IMG/VR virus record: IMGVR_UViG_3300032116_000190
Location: 1-62,279 of that record
DNA: 62,279 nucleotides
DNA from: a virus
Lineage: Duplodnaviria > Caudoviricetes
Reading direction: 5' to 3' (one strand)
Under the pieces are notes generated by a model. The model was given only the letters and a program-made list of their open reading frames with translations. It did no database searches and had not been told where the DNA came from. Shown piece by piece: positions 18,366-27,556 of the stretch. A program made the position numbers and the translations under genes. The first letter of the stretch is position 1. The number at the start of each line of letters is the position of its first letter.

Positions 18366-18397
18366 TGGATGGGCAGTTTAACGTCTTACCCAGGACC
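18366..18397 (-). ncRNA. Small H-type pseudoknot ending in CCA, upstream of rtcB
   Basis: GTC-CTGGGTAA-GAC-GTTAAAC-TGCCCA-TCCA. Confidence 0.45.
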
Positions 18398-18409
18398 CTA
18401 CATTAAAAA

Positions 18410-18485
18410 TGGTAGACGATATAGGGTTCGAACCTATGACCTAAGGATTAAGAGTCCCGCGCTCTACCAACTGAGCTAATCGTCC
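18410..18485 (-). tRNA. tRNA-Lys(CTT)
   Basis: Cloverleaf, CCA. Confidence 0.95.
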
Positions 18486-18616
18486 ATAAATATCGTTACA
18501 AGCAACAAGAAGCCAGGACACCTAGCAATTCAGCAATATACGAAATCCCACTCGGGGCTTCTCGTCACTTGATATACTAGATATACAATACTTCTTGTTG
18601 CTTGTCAACCGAAAAA

Positions 18617-18877
18617 TTAAACAAGTTCAATTGTGATTACATCGTACTTGTGCTTGATAGCAGGGCCCCAGCGCCAATCGGGCTGTTCGTAGGACCAACG
18701 CTTCACGAGCTTAGCAACACCCTTTTCAACAAGGGACAACGCGGCTTGCTGCTTAGCAAGACTGCGCTTAATGCGACCGTCTGCATTAACATCAATCTGT
18801 GTGGTACCCCGGTGTTCAAGAGTCCACTGCATGTAGTTGACAAGTTCTTGTTCAATCTTCTTAAGCTTGACAGTCAT
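18617..18877 (-). CDS. Hypothetical protein
   Basis: Behind repeated early promoter and GGAG RBS. Confidence 0.7.
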   Translation of the reverse strand: MTVKLKKIEQELVNYMQWTLEHRGTTQIDVNADGRIKRSLAKQQAALSLVEKGVAKLVKRWSYEQPDWRWGPAIKHKYDVITIELV

Positions 18878-18940
18878 TTCATTATCTCCTTGCTATATAT
18901 TTGTTATAGCAAAATGGGCAAACAATGTCAACCAATTTTT

Positions 18941-19441
18941 TTAGATTTTGAAAGTTTTTCTGATATGATGAAACGCTTCCATGTTTCCACGAACATCGTC
19001 TAACGGATCATGGGTATGCTTAGTGATTCTAAACTTCTTCCAAGACGTATGGTCCCTGATATTCTTATTGCATCCTGCATAAAGATCACCGATACGTCTA
19101 GCACTGAATCCAAAAGGGTTTCTACCTTCATAAGTGTGCATCAACCAGTTAATCCACTGCCAATCAAATGCGGGATTATCAGACCAAAAAACACAACGAT
19201 CAAATTGTGATAGCCAGTCACTGAAACGCTTAGCTTCTGTGACAAAACTACCAGTATACTCCTGATGCTGTTCTCTAGTCAACTTAAGTGCGTTGTATGC
19301 ACCTTGGTCAAAATTGGAAAAGATAGGGGAAAACTTGTCAGATACGAAAGTTTTCCCATTCTCTGCGATTGCCGCAAATTCAATCAAGTCGCCCATTGTT
19401 GGGCAAGGACCTGACGCTTCACAATCTACGATAATATTCAT
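18941..19441 (-). CDS. DEDD 3'-5' exonuclease
   Basis: VDCEASGP..AFDW..HDPLDD. Confidence 0.85.
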   Translation of the reverse strand: MNIIVDCEASGPCPTMGDLIEFAAIAENGKTFVSDKFSPIFSNFDQGAYNALKLTREQHQEYTGSFVTEAKRFSDWLSQFDRCVFWSDNPAFDWQWINWLMHTYEGRNPFGFSARRIGDLYAGCNKNIRDHTSWKKFRITKHTHDPLDDVRGNMEAFHHIRKTFKI

Positions 19442-19809
19442 ACTGTTTCCTTTCGGCAGTAGACCTCTTCGCTGTAGTAACCATTTGATTCACCAAGGAA
19501 CCGAATCGTCACATAACCCTTGTAGGTTGCGAAGTTATAGAACGTCCACGTATAGCTTTCGCCATTGCAGGTTCCTGGATCTTCTGCATTAGTATCTTCA
19601 CGAGAAATCAACAGCGGAAGGTTTTCTAAGTCTTCCAAATCACCGATGATTTCTTCTACGTACACCGATTCACAGCAGTCAGTATCGTGATAAAGTACAT
19701 AACGCACTTCATCATTTTCAAACGTAACTGTATCGTTAGTTGCACGAACCGAGGTGAAGGTTTGGTTCAGCATTTCGTCAACAGTCACATGATTATCATA
19801 CCAGCCCAT
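19438..19809 (-). CDS. Conserved phage protein
   Basis: HDTDCCESV..SYTWTFY..GESNGYYSE. Confidence 0.8.
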   Translation of the reverse strand: MGWYDNHVTVDEMLNQTFTSVRATNDTVTFENDEVRYVLYHDTDCCESVYVEEIIGDLEDLENLPLLISREDTNAEDPGTCNGESYTWTFYNFATYKGYVTIRFLGESNGYYSEEVYCRKETV

Positions 19810-19833
19810 AACCTTCTCCTTTCATTCTTTATA

Positions 19834-20307
19834 TCAGTTCATAGTCAATATGTCAAGAGCCGAATCAAAATGATGCTCTTTAATTCCCAGCCCATCTTCA
19901 ATGTGGATTAGATTAGCAATGTCGCTAAACTTTCTATCATCAAAACATACCCAACTTGTGTCACCGTGATGCTTAATCCAATCCTCAATCGCAACTAATC
20001 TTCCGATGCCACGTACCGGGCTGTTTACCTTACTGTAGTCAATCCTAGGAAAGATTGTGCGCCAGTTAGAATGAACAAACTTTTCATCAAGTCCCCATTC
20101 AACTAGGTCTTCTCTAAGATCGCCGCCCATCCAGTCTTCATAGTTGTGCATACTGTTAGTAACAACCTTAGCACCAGTCTCCTCGCACAGCAAGTTCAAA
20201 TATGCAATTGAGTTAGAACTATATGTAGTGCGGTATACGCTTTCATATACCGGAACATCAATGGGAATTACTGGACCATCAATATCTAAAAAAATTACCT
20301 TATTCAT
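19834..20307 (-). CDS. HAD-family phosphatase (RNA-repair Swiss-Army-knife type)
   Basis: FLDIDG..VCFDD. Confidence 0.75.
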   Translation of the reverse strand: MNKVIFLDIDGPVIPIDVPVYESVYRTTYSSNSIAYLNLLCEETGAKVVTNSMHNYEDWMGGDLREDLVEWGLDEKFVHSNWRTIFPRIDYSKVNSPVRGIGRLVAIEDWIKHHGDTSWVCFDDRKFSDIANLIHIEDGLGIKEHHFDSALDILTMN

Positions 20308-21184
20308 TTGTTAACTTATCTACCAATTCAATAAAACGTGCTGTGTCGTAAAGCTTATCAAGCCACATGATCGGGATACCTGACATACCATAGAAAGCAC
20401 CTGCAATTTGCCCTGTAACTGCTGCTACAGTGTCGGCATCTTCACCAAGATTAGTAGCAAGCAGAATAGCATCACGGAAGTTATCAGTGTTCTTGAAGCA
20501 CCACAGAGCAGCGTGAAGCGTATGAATGACGTAGCCCGAACTCTTGACTTCATCACGAGATACATCAAGTGTAGTGAGAATGTTCTTAACACTATCTGCC
20601 CAATGATCCTGAGGGTCAATGTTCAATACTGCGTTCTTATCATCAGTGACATATGCAGTCAACAGCACCCTAGCAAGCAAATCGCAACTGTCACAGGCTT
20701 CTACAGAGCCGTGTGTAGTTTCGCCCTGCATGATAGCAGTAGCAATTGCCATATCATTGTCAGTGTGATACTTGATCACCGCAGGGGCGAGGCGCATAAT
20801 AGAACCATTACCTGCGTCCCAAGAACCAGTGTTGTTCAATACACTACCGGTAGTCTCCCAATTTACGATTGCAGAACTAGTAGTAGCACCAATATCAAAG
20901 CAGCGACCGGTCGGGCTATTCACTCCTTCACGATACCACTTGCTAAAACGATTCAGTAAATCATTTCTATCAAGCTGAGGATGTTCAATCAGACTTTCAG
21001 CGAGACACAATGCCATGCTAGTATCATCTGTGAAATATCCTGCGGGAAGATTGAACGGGCCCTTACCTACCATATCAGTTACAGGTTCAAATGTGTCGCG
21101 GGCACGGAACTCAACTGTAGTACCTACAGCATCACCGATTGCGAGGCCCAAGAATGAACCTAAAAGCCTGTCTTTAACTTGCAT
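20300..21184 (-). CDS. ADP-ribosylglycohydrolase (DraG/ARH family)
   Basis: GLAIGDAVG, TDDT, GNGSIMR, GEDADT. Confidence 0.95.
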   Translation of the reverse strand: MQVKDRLLGSFLGLAIGDAVGTTVEFRARDTFEPVTDMVGKGPFNLPAGYFTDDTSMALCLAESLIEHPQLDRNDLLNRFSKWYREGVNSPTGRCFDIGATTSSAIVNWETTGSVLNNTGSWDAGNGSIMRLAPAVIKYHTDNDMAIATAIMQGETTHGSVEACDSCDLLARVLLTAYVTDDKNAVLNIDPQDHWADSVKNILTTLDVSRDEVKSSGYVIHTLHAALWCFKNTDNFRDAILLATNLGEDADTVAAVTGQIAGAFYGMSGIPIMWLDKLYDTARFIELVDKLTNE

Positions 21185-21230
21185 GTATAACTCCTTTAAT
21201 TATAAGTTATACACGTTTAGATGGAGCTTG

Positions 21231-24200
21231 TCAACCTATTTTTTTGACGTTAGCTTTTTTTGCGAAGAATACATCGCCGGTTGTAGAATCCTGAACCACT
21301 AACATAGTAACATCCATGTCAGTGACTTTGCCCTTCTGCCCATATGAAGCTAGAGAGTCGTTGGTTACTTCAACCATATCACCTAAATGAAATTCTGTAG
21401 GGTCGTTTGCATCAACCTTCTTGAGTGCAGATACGGGGAACGAACTAGCTGCGGTGTTACCATCAAGCCAAACACTAACAAAGCCATAGTTAGGATTTAC
21501 TTGCGTAATCTTCCCCTTCATACCTATTAGTCCTGGAAACTCTGATACAACTTCAACTCTGTCATTGACTTCAAATTTAGGAGCAACAGGTTCGGTAACT
21601 TTTGGTTGTGAAGGTCCTTCAGTCTTTGATAAGTTACTTGTGTCATATGTCAATATATTATCTTCATCGCCGTAGTTGATGCGAACGCCAGCAAACTTAC
21701 CATCGTCTGATACTGAGGTAATTGTTCCAGTATATCCAATGAATGAACTATTGTTATATGCGCTTGGGCCAGTTATCTTAACTGTGTCGCCCTCAGCTAA
21801 CTTTGGTTGCTCTTGTGGTTTACCTACCTTCTCTAAAACGTCTGGCTGAAAATATGACCACTCATTTTCATCATTGTTAAAGATAACTGTATAATCGCCG
21901 TCATTGTCAGGCCCGCTTTCAATCTCACCTATGTCGCCGTAGAAGCCGCTTGACTTATCTAATATTTTAACTTTATCACCCATTGCAAATGCAGAAGCAG
22001 CAGTAGAATCTTGCTCAAGTTTTTTCATTCCGCCGGCCGGGACATATGTAATGTTTTTTCCTACTACAACTTTATAGTCACCATCTTCATCAGGACCTGC
22101 TGATACTGTACCTTCTTTGCCGTTGTATAAACTTTGATTATATTCAATCTTTACCTTGTCGCCTGACTTAAATTCTACTTCATCGGTTACTTTTTGGACC
22201 CAGTCAATGAAAGTTTTAACGCCATCTGATATGGTGAGGCTTTTGAATTTAATCCATTCTTTTCCGTTAGGATTCTTTCCTACTTCAATCACTTCGCCAG
22301 ACTGCCCATAGTAGCTTGACTCGTCATTGATAACTTTGACGATATCTCCGACCTTAATGACATTAGTAGAATCAGAAGAATCTTGGTCAAAGTGTTCTAA
22401 ATCCGACAAGTACACATCTGCTCGTGTTGTGCCAATATCTACTTCTGCTTTTGTACCGTTGCTGTATAGATATGTAATTTTACCAGAACTACCGGCGTAC
22501 TCACCACTAGTAATCTTGACTGCATCTCCTAAGTGATACTCACCCGGTACTTTCTTCAATAATTCAGGTGGTGCGTTCTTTAGCAATACTAATTGATTGG
22601 GTTGAAAGTCTACATACATGCTTCTCTTTGGAAGATAGACTTCAATAGTTCCACTGCTGTAGATGAAGTTTACGCGGCCGCGCTCACCGTAGTATTCACT
22701 ATCAGCATCACTAACAACAACATCATCATTGTTTTCAATAACAGGAGGTTTGCCCGCAAGATCCTTTTGAATTTCTTCATCACGTTCGGGAGTGTAGCTC
22801 TCTAGTTGATTCTTATATACAGTGCTATGATTACCTTTTGTATCAACTATCTCAATCTTACCGTTTGCATATACAAAATTAACAGTGCCAACTGTCCCGT
22901 ATAATCTACTGTCAGGATCAGAAACAATGATCTTATCGTCTCTTTCATAGATAGGAATTGATCCATCAGGTAGATGGTATAATTCTACCTCATCTTTTGA
23001 TATAGTAATGTCACCGGTCTTTTGAGTCAAGAACACTTCGTACTTGTCACCATATACATAGGTAATCGTACCTAGCTTACCCTGATGATTTCCAGCTAGT
23101 ATTCTAACAACATCACCCTTGTCCAAGATATTAGGAACTTCACCAAAGTTTTCTGGAAGCTCAACATTATCAGTATTAATTTGCTCTAAGAACTTGAATA
23201 GTTCTCTACTATGTTCAATGTTAACAGCATAGTAGTTTCCCCTGACATAGATTTCTTTTTCTGAGAGAATTGCACTAAACAAATCTTGATCAGTGAACTG
23301 AAAATGTTCCTGAATACTTTTATTAGTTAAAACATTGTCTAATAAATCTTGTGCTTCCTCGGGTAACAATCCCTGATCAATTGCACTAGATACGCTTTCA
23401 TAGTCACGATCATATTCATATCCACTGTAGAACAAATCGTCCGGGTTATATACAGGAAATGTAGATGGATCTTTGCTTTCAGCCTTGGCTTTCTTTACCA
23501 TTTCTCTAAGTTTAGGAACCACTTCTTGGTCCAACAGGTCCCTTCTTTTATTATTGTCTAGGACCAAATCTTTTACTGTTTTACTCCATGTAAACTTGAA
23601 TCCATCTACTGGAAACAATACGTACAATGAATGTCCATAACCGCTTGCCTGGCTTCTATCACCAGTAACAAACATGGCGTTTTCTCTATTAGCTTCAAAA
23701 CCTAAGTGTTTGATGGTTCCGTTGACTAATTCATGCAAGTCTTGGTTGCTATCTTTGGGTTTACGTGATTCAAACGGTTTACCATACAATGCATCGTCAC
23801 TTGATCTAATCCCTCTAAACAAAAACTTTTCTCGTTCAAAGTTGTTTCTGTTGAGTTCCTTGTAAACCTTTATAATCTCTTTGCAGTTCTTTGCTAGAGC
23901 CTTGAACAGATTGTCCATTTTAACAGGTCTGTCATTGACCTTAGACTTTTCAAACTCTATTTGATAAGCCTGATTGACTTTATCAATTTCACCATTCAAC
24001 TTATCTTCAATCTGCTTCATTTCTGCCTTGAGTGCAGGAGGAAGATCCATGTACTTCATGCTATGCAATGAACTTTTGTACTTGTCAAGCTGGTTACTAA
24101 GTTTCTCCAGCTTCTTTAGTTTGAAGGAAATACCTTTTCGTTCACCGGGCTTTACAGGTGCTTCATCAAGTTTCATTAATTGTTCTAGTAGGTCTTTCAT
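21231..24200 (-). CDS. 989-aa protein: putative ADP-ribosyltransferase-like domain plus ~11-12 tandem KOW/SH3-like repeats
   Basis: LFRG..FVT..A.GYG..EKE; repeated GD-x-V-x-I...G..G.(I/V) units. Confidence 0.6.
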   Translation of the reverse strand: MKDLLEQLMKLDEAPVKPGERKGISFKLKKLEKLSNQLDKYKSSLHSMKYMDLPPALKAEMKQIEDKLNGEIDKVNQAYQIEFEKSKVNDRPVKMDNLFKALAKNCKEIIKVYKELNRNNFEREKFLFRGIRSSDDALYGKPFESRKPKDSNQDLHELVNGTIKHLGFEANRENAMFVTGDRSQASGYGHSLYVLFPVDGFKFTWSKTVKDLVLDNNKRRDLLDQEVVPKLREMVKKAKAESKDPSTFPVYNPDDLFYSGYEYDRDYESVSSAIDQGLLPEEAQDLLDNVLTNKSIQEHFQFTDQDLFSAILSEKEIYVRGNYYAVNIEHSRELFKFLEQINTDNVELPENFGEVPNILDKGDVVRILAGNHQGKLGTITYVYGDKYEVFLTQKTGDITISKDEVELYHLPDGSIPIYERDDKIIVSDPDSRLYGTVGTVNFVYANGKIEIVDTKGNHSTVYKNQLESYTPERDEEIQKDLAGKPPVIENNDDVVVSDADSEYYGERGRVNFIYSSGTIEVYLPKRSMYVDFQPNQLVLLKNAPPELLKKVPGEYHLGDAVKITSGEYAGSSGKITYLYSNGTKAEVDIGTTRADVYLSDLEHFDQDSSDSTNVIKVGDIVKVINDESSYYGQSGEVIEVGKNPNGKEWIKFKSLTISDGVKTFIDWVQKVTDEVEFKSGDKVKIEYNQSLYNGKEGTVSAGPDEDGDYKVVVGKNITYVPAGGMKKLEQDSTAASAFAMGDKVKILDKSSGFYGDIGEIESGPDNDGDYTVIFNNDENEWSYFQPDVLEKVGKPQEQPKLAEGDTVKITGPSAYNNSSFIGYTGTITSVSDDGKFAGVRINYGDEDNILTYDTSNLSKTEGPSQPKVTEPVAPKFEVNDRVEVVSEFPGLIGMKGKITQVNPNYGFVSVWLDGNTAASSFPVSALKKVDANDPTEFHLGDMVEVTNDSLASYGQKGKVTDMDVTMLVVQDSTTGDVFFAKKANVKKIG

Positions 24201-24224
24201 TAATATATTTATGCTAAATACATT

Positions 24225-24893
24225 ATGCGCTTTAACGAATTCTCTCAGCCTCTAGACGAAGGCGTTCACGATCCGAATATTTTCAAAGCTGTCTTTATGG
24301 CAGGATCACCCGGTTCGGGAAAAACCACAATAGCTAATAAACTATTTGCTGGCACTGGTCTCAAGTCATTGAATGTAGATGATTTCTACAACTACCTAAG
24401 ACAGTCTCAAAAAGCTACCGGCGATGCCGAGCAAGACTATTCTGCTGCTTGGGAAAAATATAGAATGAGAGAGCAAAACTATCTTGATGGTCGCTTAGGA
24501 TTGATCATTGACGGTACCGGCAAGAACCCAAATGTCATGAATGATGTTAAAACAAAGCTTGAAGAATTAGGTTACGAAACTGCTATGGTATTCGTGAACA
24601 CTACTCTTGATACTAGCCTTGAACGCACTACACGTAGATCACAAACACCCGGAAAAGACTACGGTAGACAGATTGATCCTAAGTTTGTTAAAGATACATG
24701 GCTTAGAGTGCAGAAGGGTTTAGGTCAATTGCAGAGTATCTTTGGAAATAGATTCTTCATTGTTGACAACAACAGAGGCGAACCTGATATTCAATATGTT
24801 CAGAAGTCAATGGACAAATGGCTAGGAGCTCCTCCCCAATCACACATCGCTAAAGAGTGGATCAAGAACGAGCTTCAAGCTAGACAGAAATAA
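24225..24893 (+). CDS. Zeta-toxin-like P-loop kinase
   Basis: AGSPGSGKT, IIDGTG. Confidence 0.8.
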   Translation: MRFNEFSQPLDEGVHDPNIFKAVFMAGSPGSGKTTIANKLFAGTGLKSLNVDDFYNYLRQSQKATGDAEQDYSAAWEKYRMREQNYLDGRLGLIIDGTGKNPNVMNDVKTKLEELGYETAMVFVNTTLDTSLERTTRRSQTPGKDYGRQIDPKFVKDTWLRVQKGLGQLQSIFGNRFFIVDNNRGEPDIQYVQKSMDKWLGAPPQSHIAKEWIKNELQARQK

Positions 24894-24894
24894 A

Positions 24895-24970
24895 TGGTGA
24901 ACCCTGCTGGACTTGAACCAGCGACACACGGATTAAAAGCCCGTTGTTCTACCTACTGAACTAAGGGTCC
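24895..24970 (-). tRNA. tRNA-Lys(TTT)
   Basis: Cloverleaf, CCA. Confidence 0.95.
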
Positions 24971-24980
24971 ACATTATTTT

Positions 24981-25055
24981 TGGTGCGCCCGGGAGGATTT
25001 GAACCTCCGGCCACCGCGTTATCAGCACGGTGCTCTACCCCTGAGCTACGAGCGC
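24981..25055 (-). tRNA. tRNA-Ile(GAT)
   Basis: Cloverleaf, CCA. Confidence 0.95.
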
Positions 25056-25062
25056 ATTATTT

Positions 25063-25347
25063 TTAATTAGTTACAACAGTAACGTCATTCTGATCTACAG
25101 TAGTATTACCCTGCGGATCGCTGTGGGTTTCGCTAGTAGTTACTGTATTACCGCAGACAGTGAAGAAAATACGAGAAGGACGACTTTCACGAAAGCCCTC
25201 TACACGAACTTCTCCTGCATAGTGCAACGTGCAACCTGCGGGAAGAGAACCCTGAACTTTCATCATATCCGCTGACTGATCCTGCCTATTAGCAGAACAG
25301 GCCGTAAGAGCAAACATAGAAACAAGAACAATAGCAATCTTCTTCAT
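25063..25347 (-). CDS. Lipoprotein
   Basis: Signal peptide with LTAC lipobox. Confidence 0.8.
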   Translation of the reverse strand: MKKIAIVLVSMFALTACSANRQDQSADMMKVQGSLPAGCTLHYAGEVRVEGFRESRPSRIFFTVCGNTVTTSETHSDPQGNTTVDQNDVTVVTN

Positions 25348-25362
25348 ACTTCACCTATTAAT

Positions 25363-25444
25363 TGGAGCACCGGGTAGGAATCGAACCTACTTCACTTGCG
25401 TAGCGGATTTGCAGTCCACCGCATTCCCAATCTGCCACCGATGC
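25363..25444 (-). tRNA. tRNA-Cys(GCA) with long variable arm
   Basis: U73, GCA anticodon, 12-nt variable region TACGCAAGTGAA. Confidence 0.9.
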
Positions 25445-25510
25445 ATTAAACTTTATAGATTTGTTATATCAACATTCAGGACGAATGTCAACCGTTATTT
25501 TCAAAAAACT

Positions 25511-25600
25511 TGGCGGAGAGTGAGGGATTCGAACCCTCGGTACCTTTTACAGTACGTCTCGTTAGCAATGAGGTGGTTTCAGCCGCTCACCCAACTCTCC
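25511..25600 (-). tRNA. tRNA-Ser(GCT)
   Basis: Class II cloverleaf, CCA. Confidence 0.95.
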
Positions 25601-25606
25601 GTATCT

Positions 25607-25990
25607 TTATATATTTAGATGCTGTTTAGCGTTTTCAATATAACCTTCAATTCGTTCCTTACCGACAGGATTCATAGAGTGAACTACGTATCGGGGAAAC
25701 TTAAAGCCATTGTCAGCACAATAATCAACTAACCATTTAGCACAATCATATCCAGTCTTTTCAGGACCATAATCGGCTTCTTTGCCTTCTGTTTCTGCAA
25801 GCATTGCAACATAGTGCTGGTCAGCAAGGTCATGATCAAAGCAAACGAACATAGGAACACCATACGTAGTTACTTGCTTTACAAAGCCTTCATAGCCACG
25901 AATGATATAGATTGTCTCGTACCGAGGGAATTGAACCCAATCAACTTTGTCGGGCATTCGCTCATCATCTAAAAACAGTACGTAAGACAT
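25607..25990 (-). CDS. Cyclic-phosphate-processing receiver-domain protein
   Basis: LFLDDER..FDHDL..TGYD..HSMNPVG. Confidence 0.8.
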   Translation of the reverse strand: MSYVLFLDDERMPDKVDWVQFPRYETIYIIRGYEGFVKQVTTYGVPMFVCFDHDLADQHYVAMLAETEGKEADYGPEKTGYDCAKWLVDYCADNGFKFPRYVVHSMNPVGKERIEGYIENAKQHLNI

Positions 25991-26006
25991 TTATATTCCT
26001 AATAGT

Positions 26007-26096
26007 TGGCGGAAGCGGTGAGATTCGAACTCACGGTACCTTTTAGAGTACGGCAGTTTTCAAGACTGCAGGCATAAACCACTCGCCCACGCTTCC
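26007..26096 (-). tRNA. tRNA-Ser(TGA)
   Basis: Class II cloverleaf, CCA. Confidence 0.95.
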
Positions 26097-26106
26097 GTGT
26101 TAATAT

Positions 26107-26610
26107 TTATGTAGAGGGAGAGACAGCAGACTTTTTCTGCTTGTACGAACGGTCGTATTCTCTACCTTTACCGTTATTCTTGCTTTTATATGTTGGCTGT
26201 TGCGAATCGCAGTTGCAGCACAACAATCTAAAGTTTTCAATTCTGTTGTCTGTGCTATCACCTGAGATATGGTCACAAACTAACGGAGCAGGATGCCCCA
26301 TCCATTCTGTTATACCACACTCACTGCATTTATGCCCCTGGGTATGTATTAGATAATACTTCGCTGTTCTTCTAGCAGCAGGTTCTGAATACGCTGATAA
26401 TGCGCCTGACTCTACTGCATCAATTACACGCTTTAGTACCTTTTCGGGCTGTTTTTTACCAGCATTCCAAGGAACTATACCCTTCTTAGCACCTGCATTA
26501 GGTGATCGTACTCTAGTAATCTTGTTAGGATTAGCAGCGCAAGAATTTTGGTGTGCTACTAAACCACCCTTATTACTGATTTCTCTCTCACAGAATTGAC
26601 ATTTCATCAT
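26107..26610 (-). CDS. HNH homing endonuclease
   Basis: CSECG..DHISGDSTDNRIENFRLLCCNC. Confidence 0.85.
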   Translation of the reverse strand: MMKCQFCEREISNKGGLVAHQNSCAANPNKITRVRSPNAGAKKGIVPWNAGKKQPEKVLKRVIDAVESGALSAYSEPAARRTAKYYLIHTQGHKCSECGITEWMGHPAPLVCDHISGDSTDNRIENFRLLCCNCDSQQPTYKSKNNGKGREYDRSYKQKKSAVSPST

Positions 26611-26681
26611 TCGTCTCCTTAATACTATTTATGCATTAACGCAAATAAACAGCATTTAAGAGCGATTATCCACAAGAAAGA

Positions 26682-26756
26682 TGGTGCTCCCGGCAGGACT
26701 CGAACCCACAACCTAGCCGTTATGAGCGGCCAGCTCTACCTTTGAGCTACAAGAGC
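26682..26756 (-). tRNA. tRNA with CAT anticodon, probably Ile2
   Basis: GCCG-CTCATAA-CGGC arm typical of Ile2. Confidence 0.85.
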
Positions 26757-26764
26757 ATTTAAAC

Positions 26765-26850
26765 TGGTGCGCAGGGCTGGATTCGAACCAGCGTAGCATT
26801 GCTGCGGCAGATTTACAGTCTGCTGGTATTAACCACTCACCCACCTACGC
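26765..26850 (-). tRNA. tRNA-Tyr(GTA)
   Basis: Class II cloverleaf, CCA. Confidence 0.95.
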
Positions 26851-26858
26851 ATAAAACT

Positions 26859-27089
26859 TTATAGAAACTGATGGAGCCAACCATCAGCAAAACTTTTTAC
26901 CTCATCGTCTGCGGCAAAATATGCATCCACATCGTTGATTGCGTCAATAGTGTCAAGGATATCTTCATCATCAACACCTTGTTTACGCAAACTGTCTAGA
27001 TAAGCAGTGAGACTAGGCGGAATTTCCTGCACTCCCTGTTGTTCTACAACGTTCTTCTTACCAAACTCAACATGAATTACATTGCTCAT
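26859..27089 (-). CDS. Hypothetical protein
   Basis: MSNVIHVEF start, GGAG RBS. Confidence 0.7.
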   Translation of the reverse strand: MSNVIHVEFGKKNVVEQQGVQEIPPSLTAYLDSLRKQGVDDEDILDTIDAINDVDAYFAADDEVKSFADGWLHQFL

Positions 27090-27106
27090 GATTGGCTCCT
27101 TGAGAC

Positions 27107-27277
27107 TTAGTTAGGAGAAACAGTAGCTTCTGATTCTGCGCCAGTCTCTGTAGTAGCGCCATTATCAGCGCCAGCAGGCGCCTCAGTTGCAGGGGCCTCA
27201 GCAGGTGCTTCTTCCTTGCTGCAAGCAGCGAGAGTAGTAAATGCTGCAATAGCAGCGATAGTTGCGATCTTCTTCAT
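27107..27277 (-). CDS. Small Ala/Glu-rich lipoprotein (56 aa, not in ORF track)
   Basis: MKKIATIAAIAAFTTLAAC-SKEEAPAEAPATEAPA. Confidence 0.8.
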   Translation of the reverse strand: MKKIATIAAIAAFTTLAACSKEEAPAEAPATEAPAGADNGATTETGAESEATVSPN

Positions 27278-27298
27278 ATTCTCTTTTCTTTCTCTAAT

Positions 27299-27374
27299 TG
27301 GTGACCCCTACGGGATTCGAACCCGTGTCGTTGCCGTGAAAGGGCAGTGTCCTAGGCCTCTAGACGAAGGGGCC
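27299..27374 (-). tRNA. tRNA-Glu(TTC)
   Basis: Cloverleaf, CCA. Confidence 0.95.
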
Positions 27375-27449
27375 AAATAATAAAAGTGTTTGAGGAGCTA
27401 ACCGTGACTCCTCACGTGCCTATTAGGTAGCAACCCCATATCGTAAACT

Positions 27450-27535
27450 TGGTACGAGTAGCCGGACTCGAACCGGCACGTCCAAAGGACACAAGATTTT
27501 AAGTCTCGGGCGTCTACCTATTCCGCCATACTCGC
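27450..27535 (-). tRNA. tRNA-Leu(TAA)
   Basis: Class II cloverleaf, CCA. Confidence 0.95.
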
Positions 27536-27556
27536 ATATCAAACTAAAAAATCAAA

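Noticed and set aside
24225-24893. Epsilon/zeta toxin-antitoxin pair
   Set aside because: No adjacent antitoxin-like ORF; context fits a late or packaged kinase
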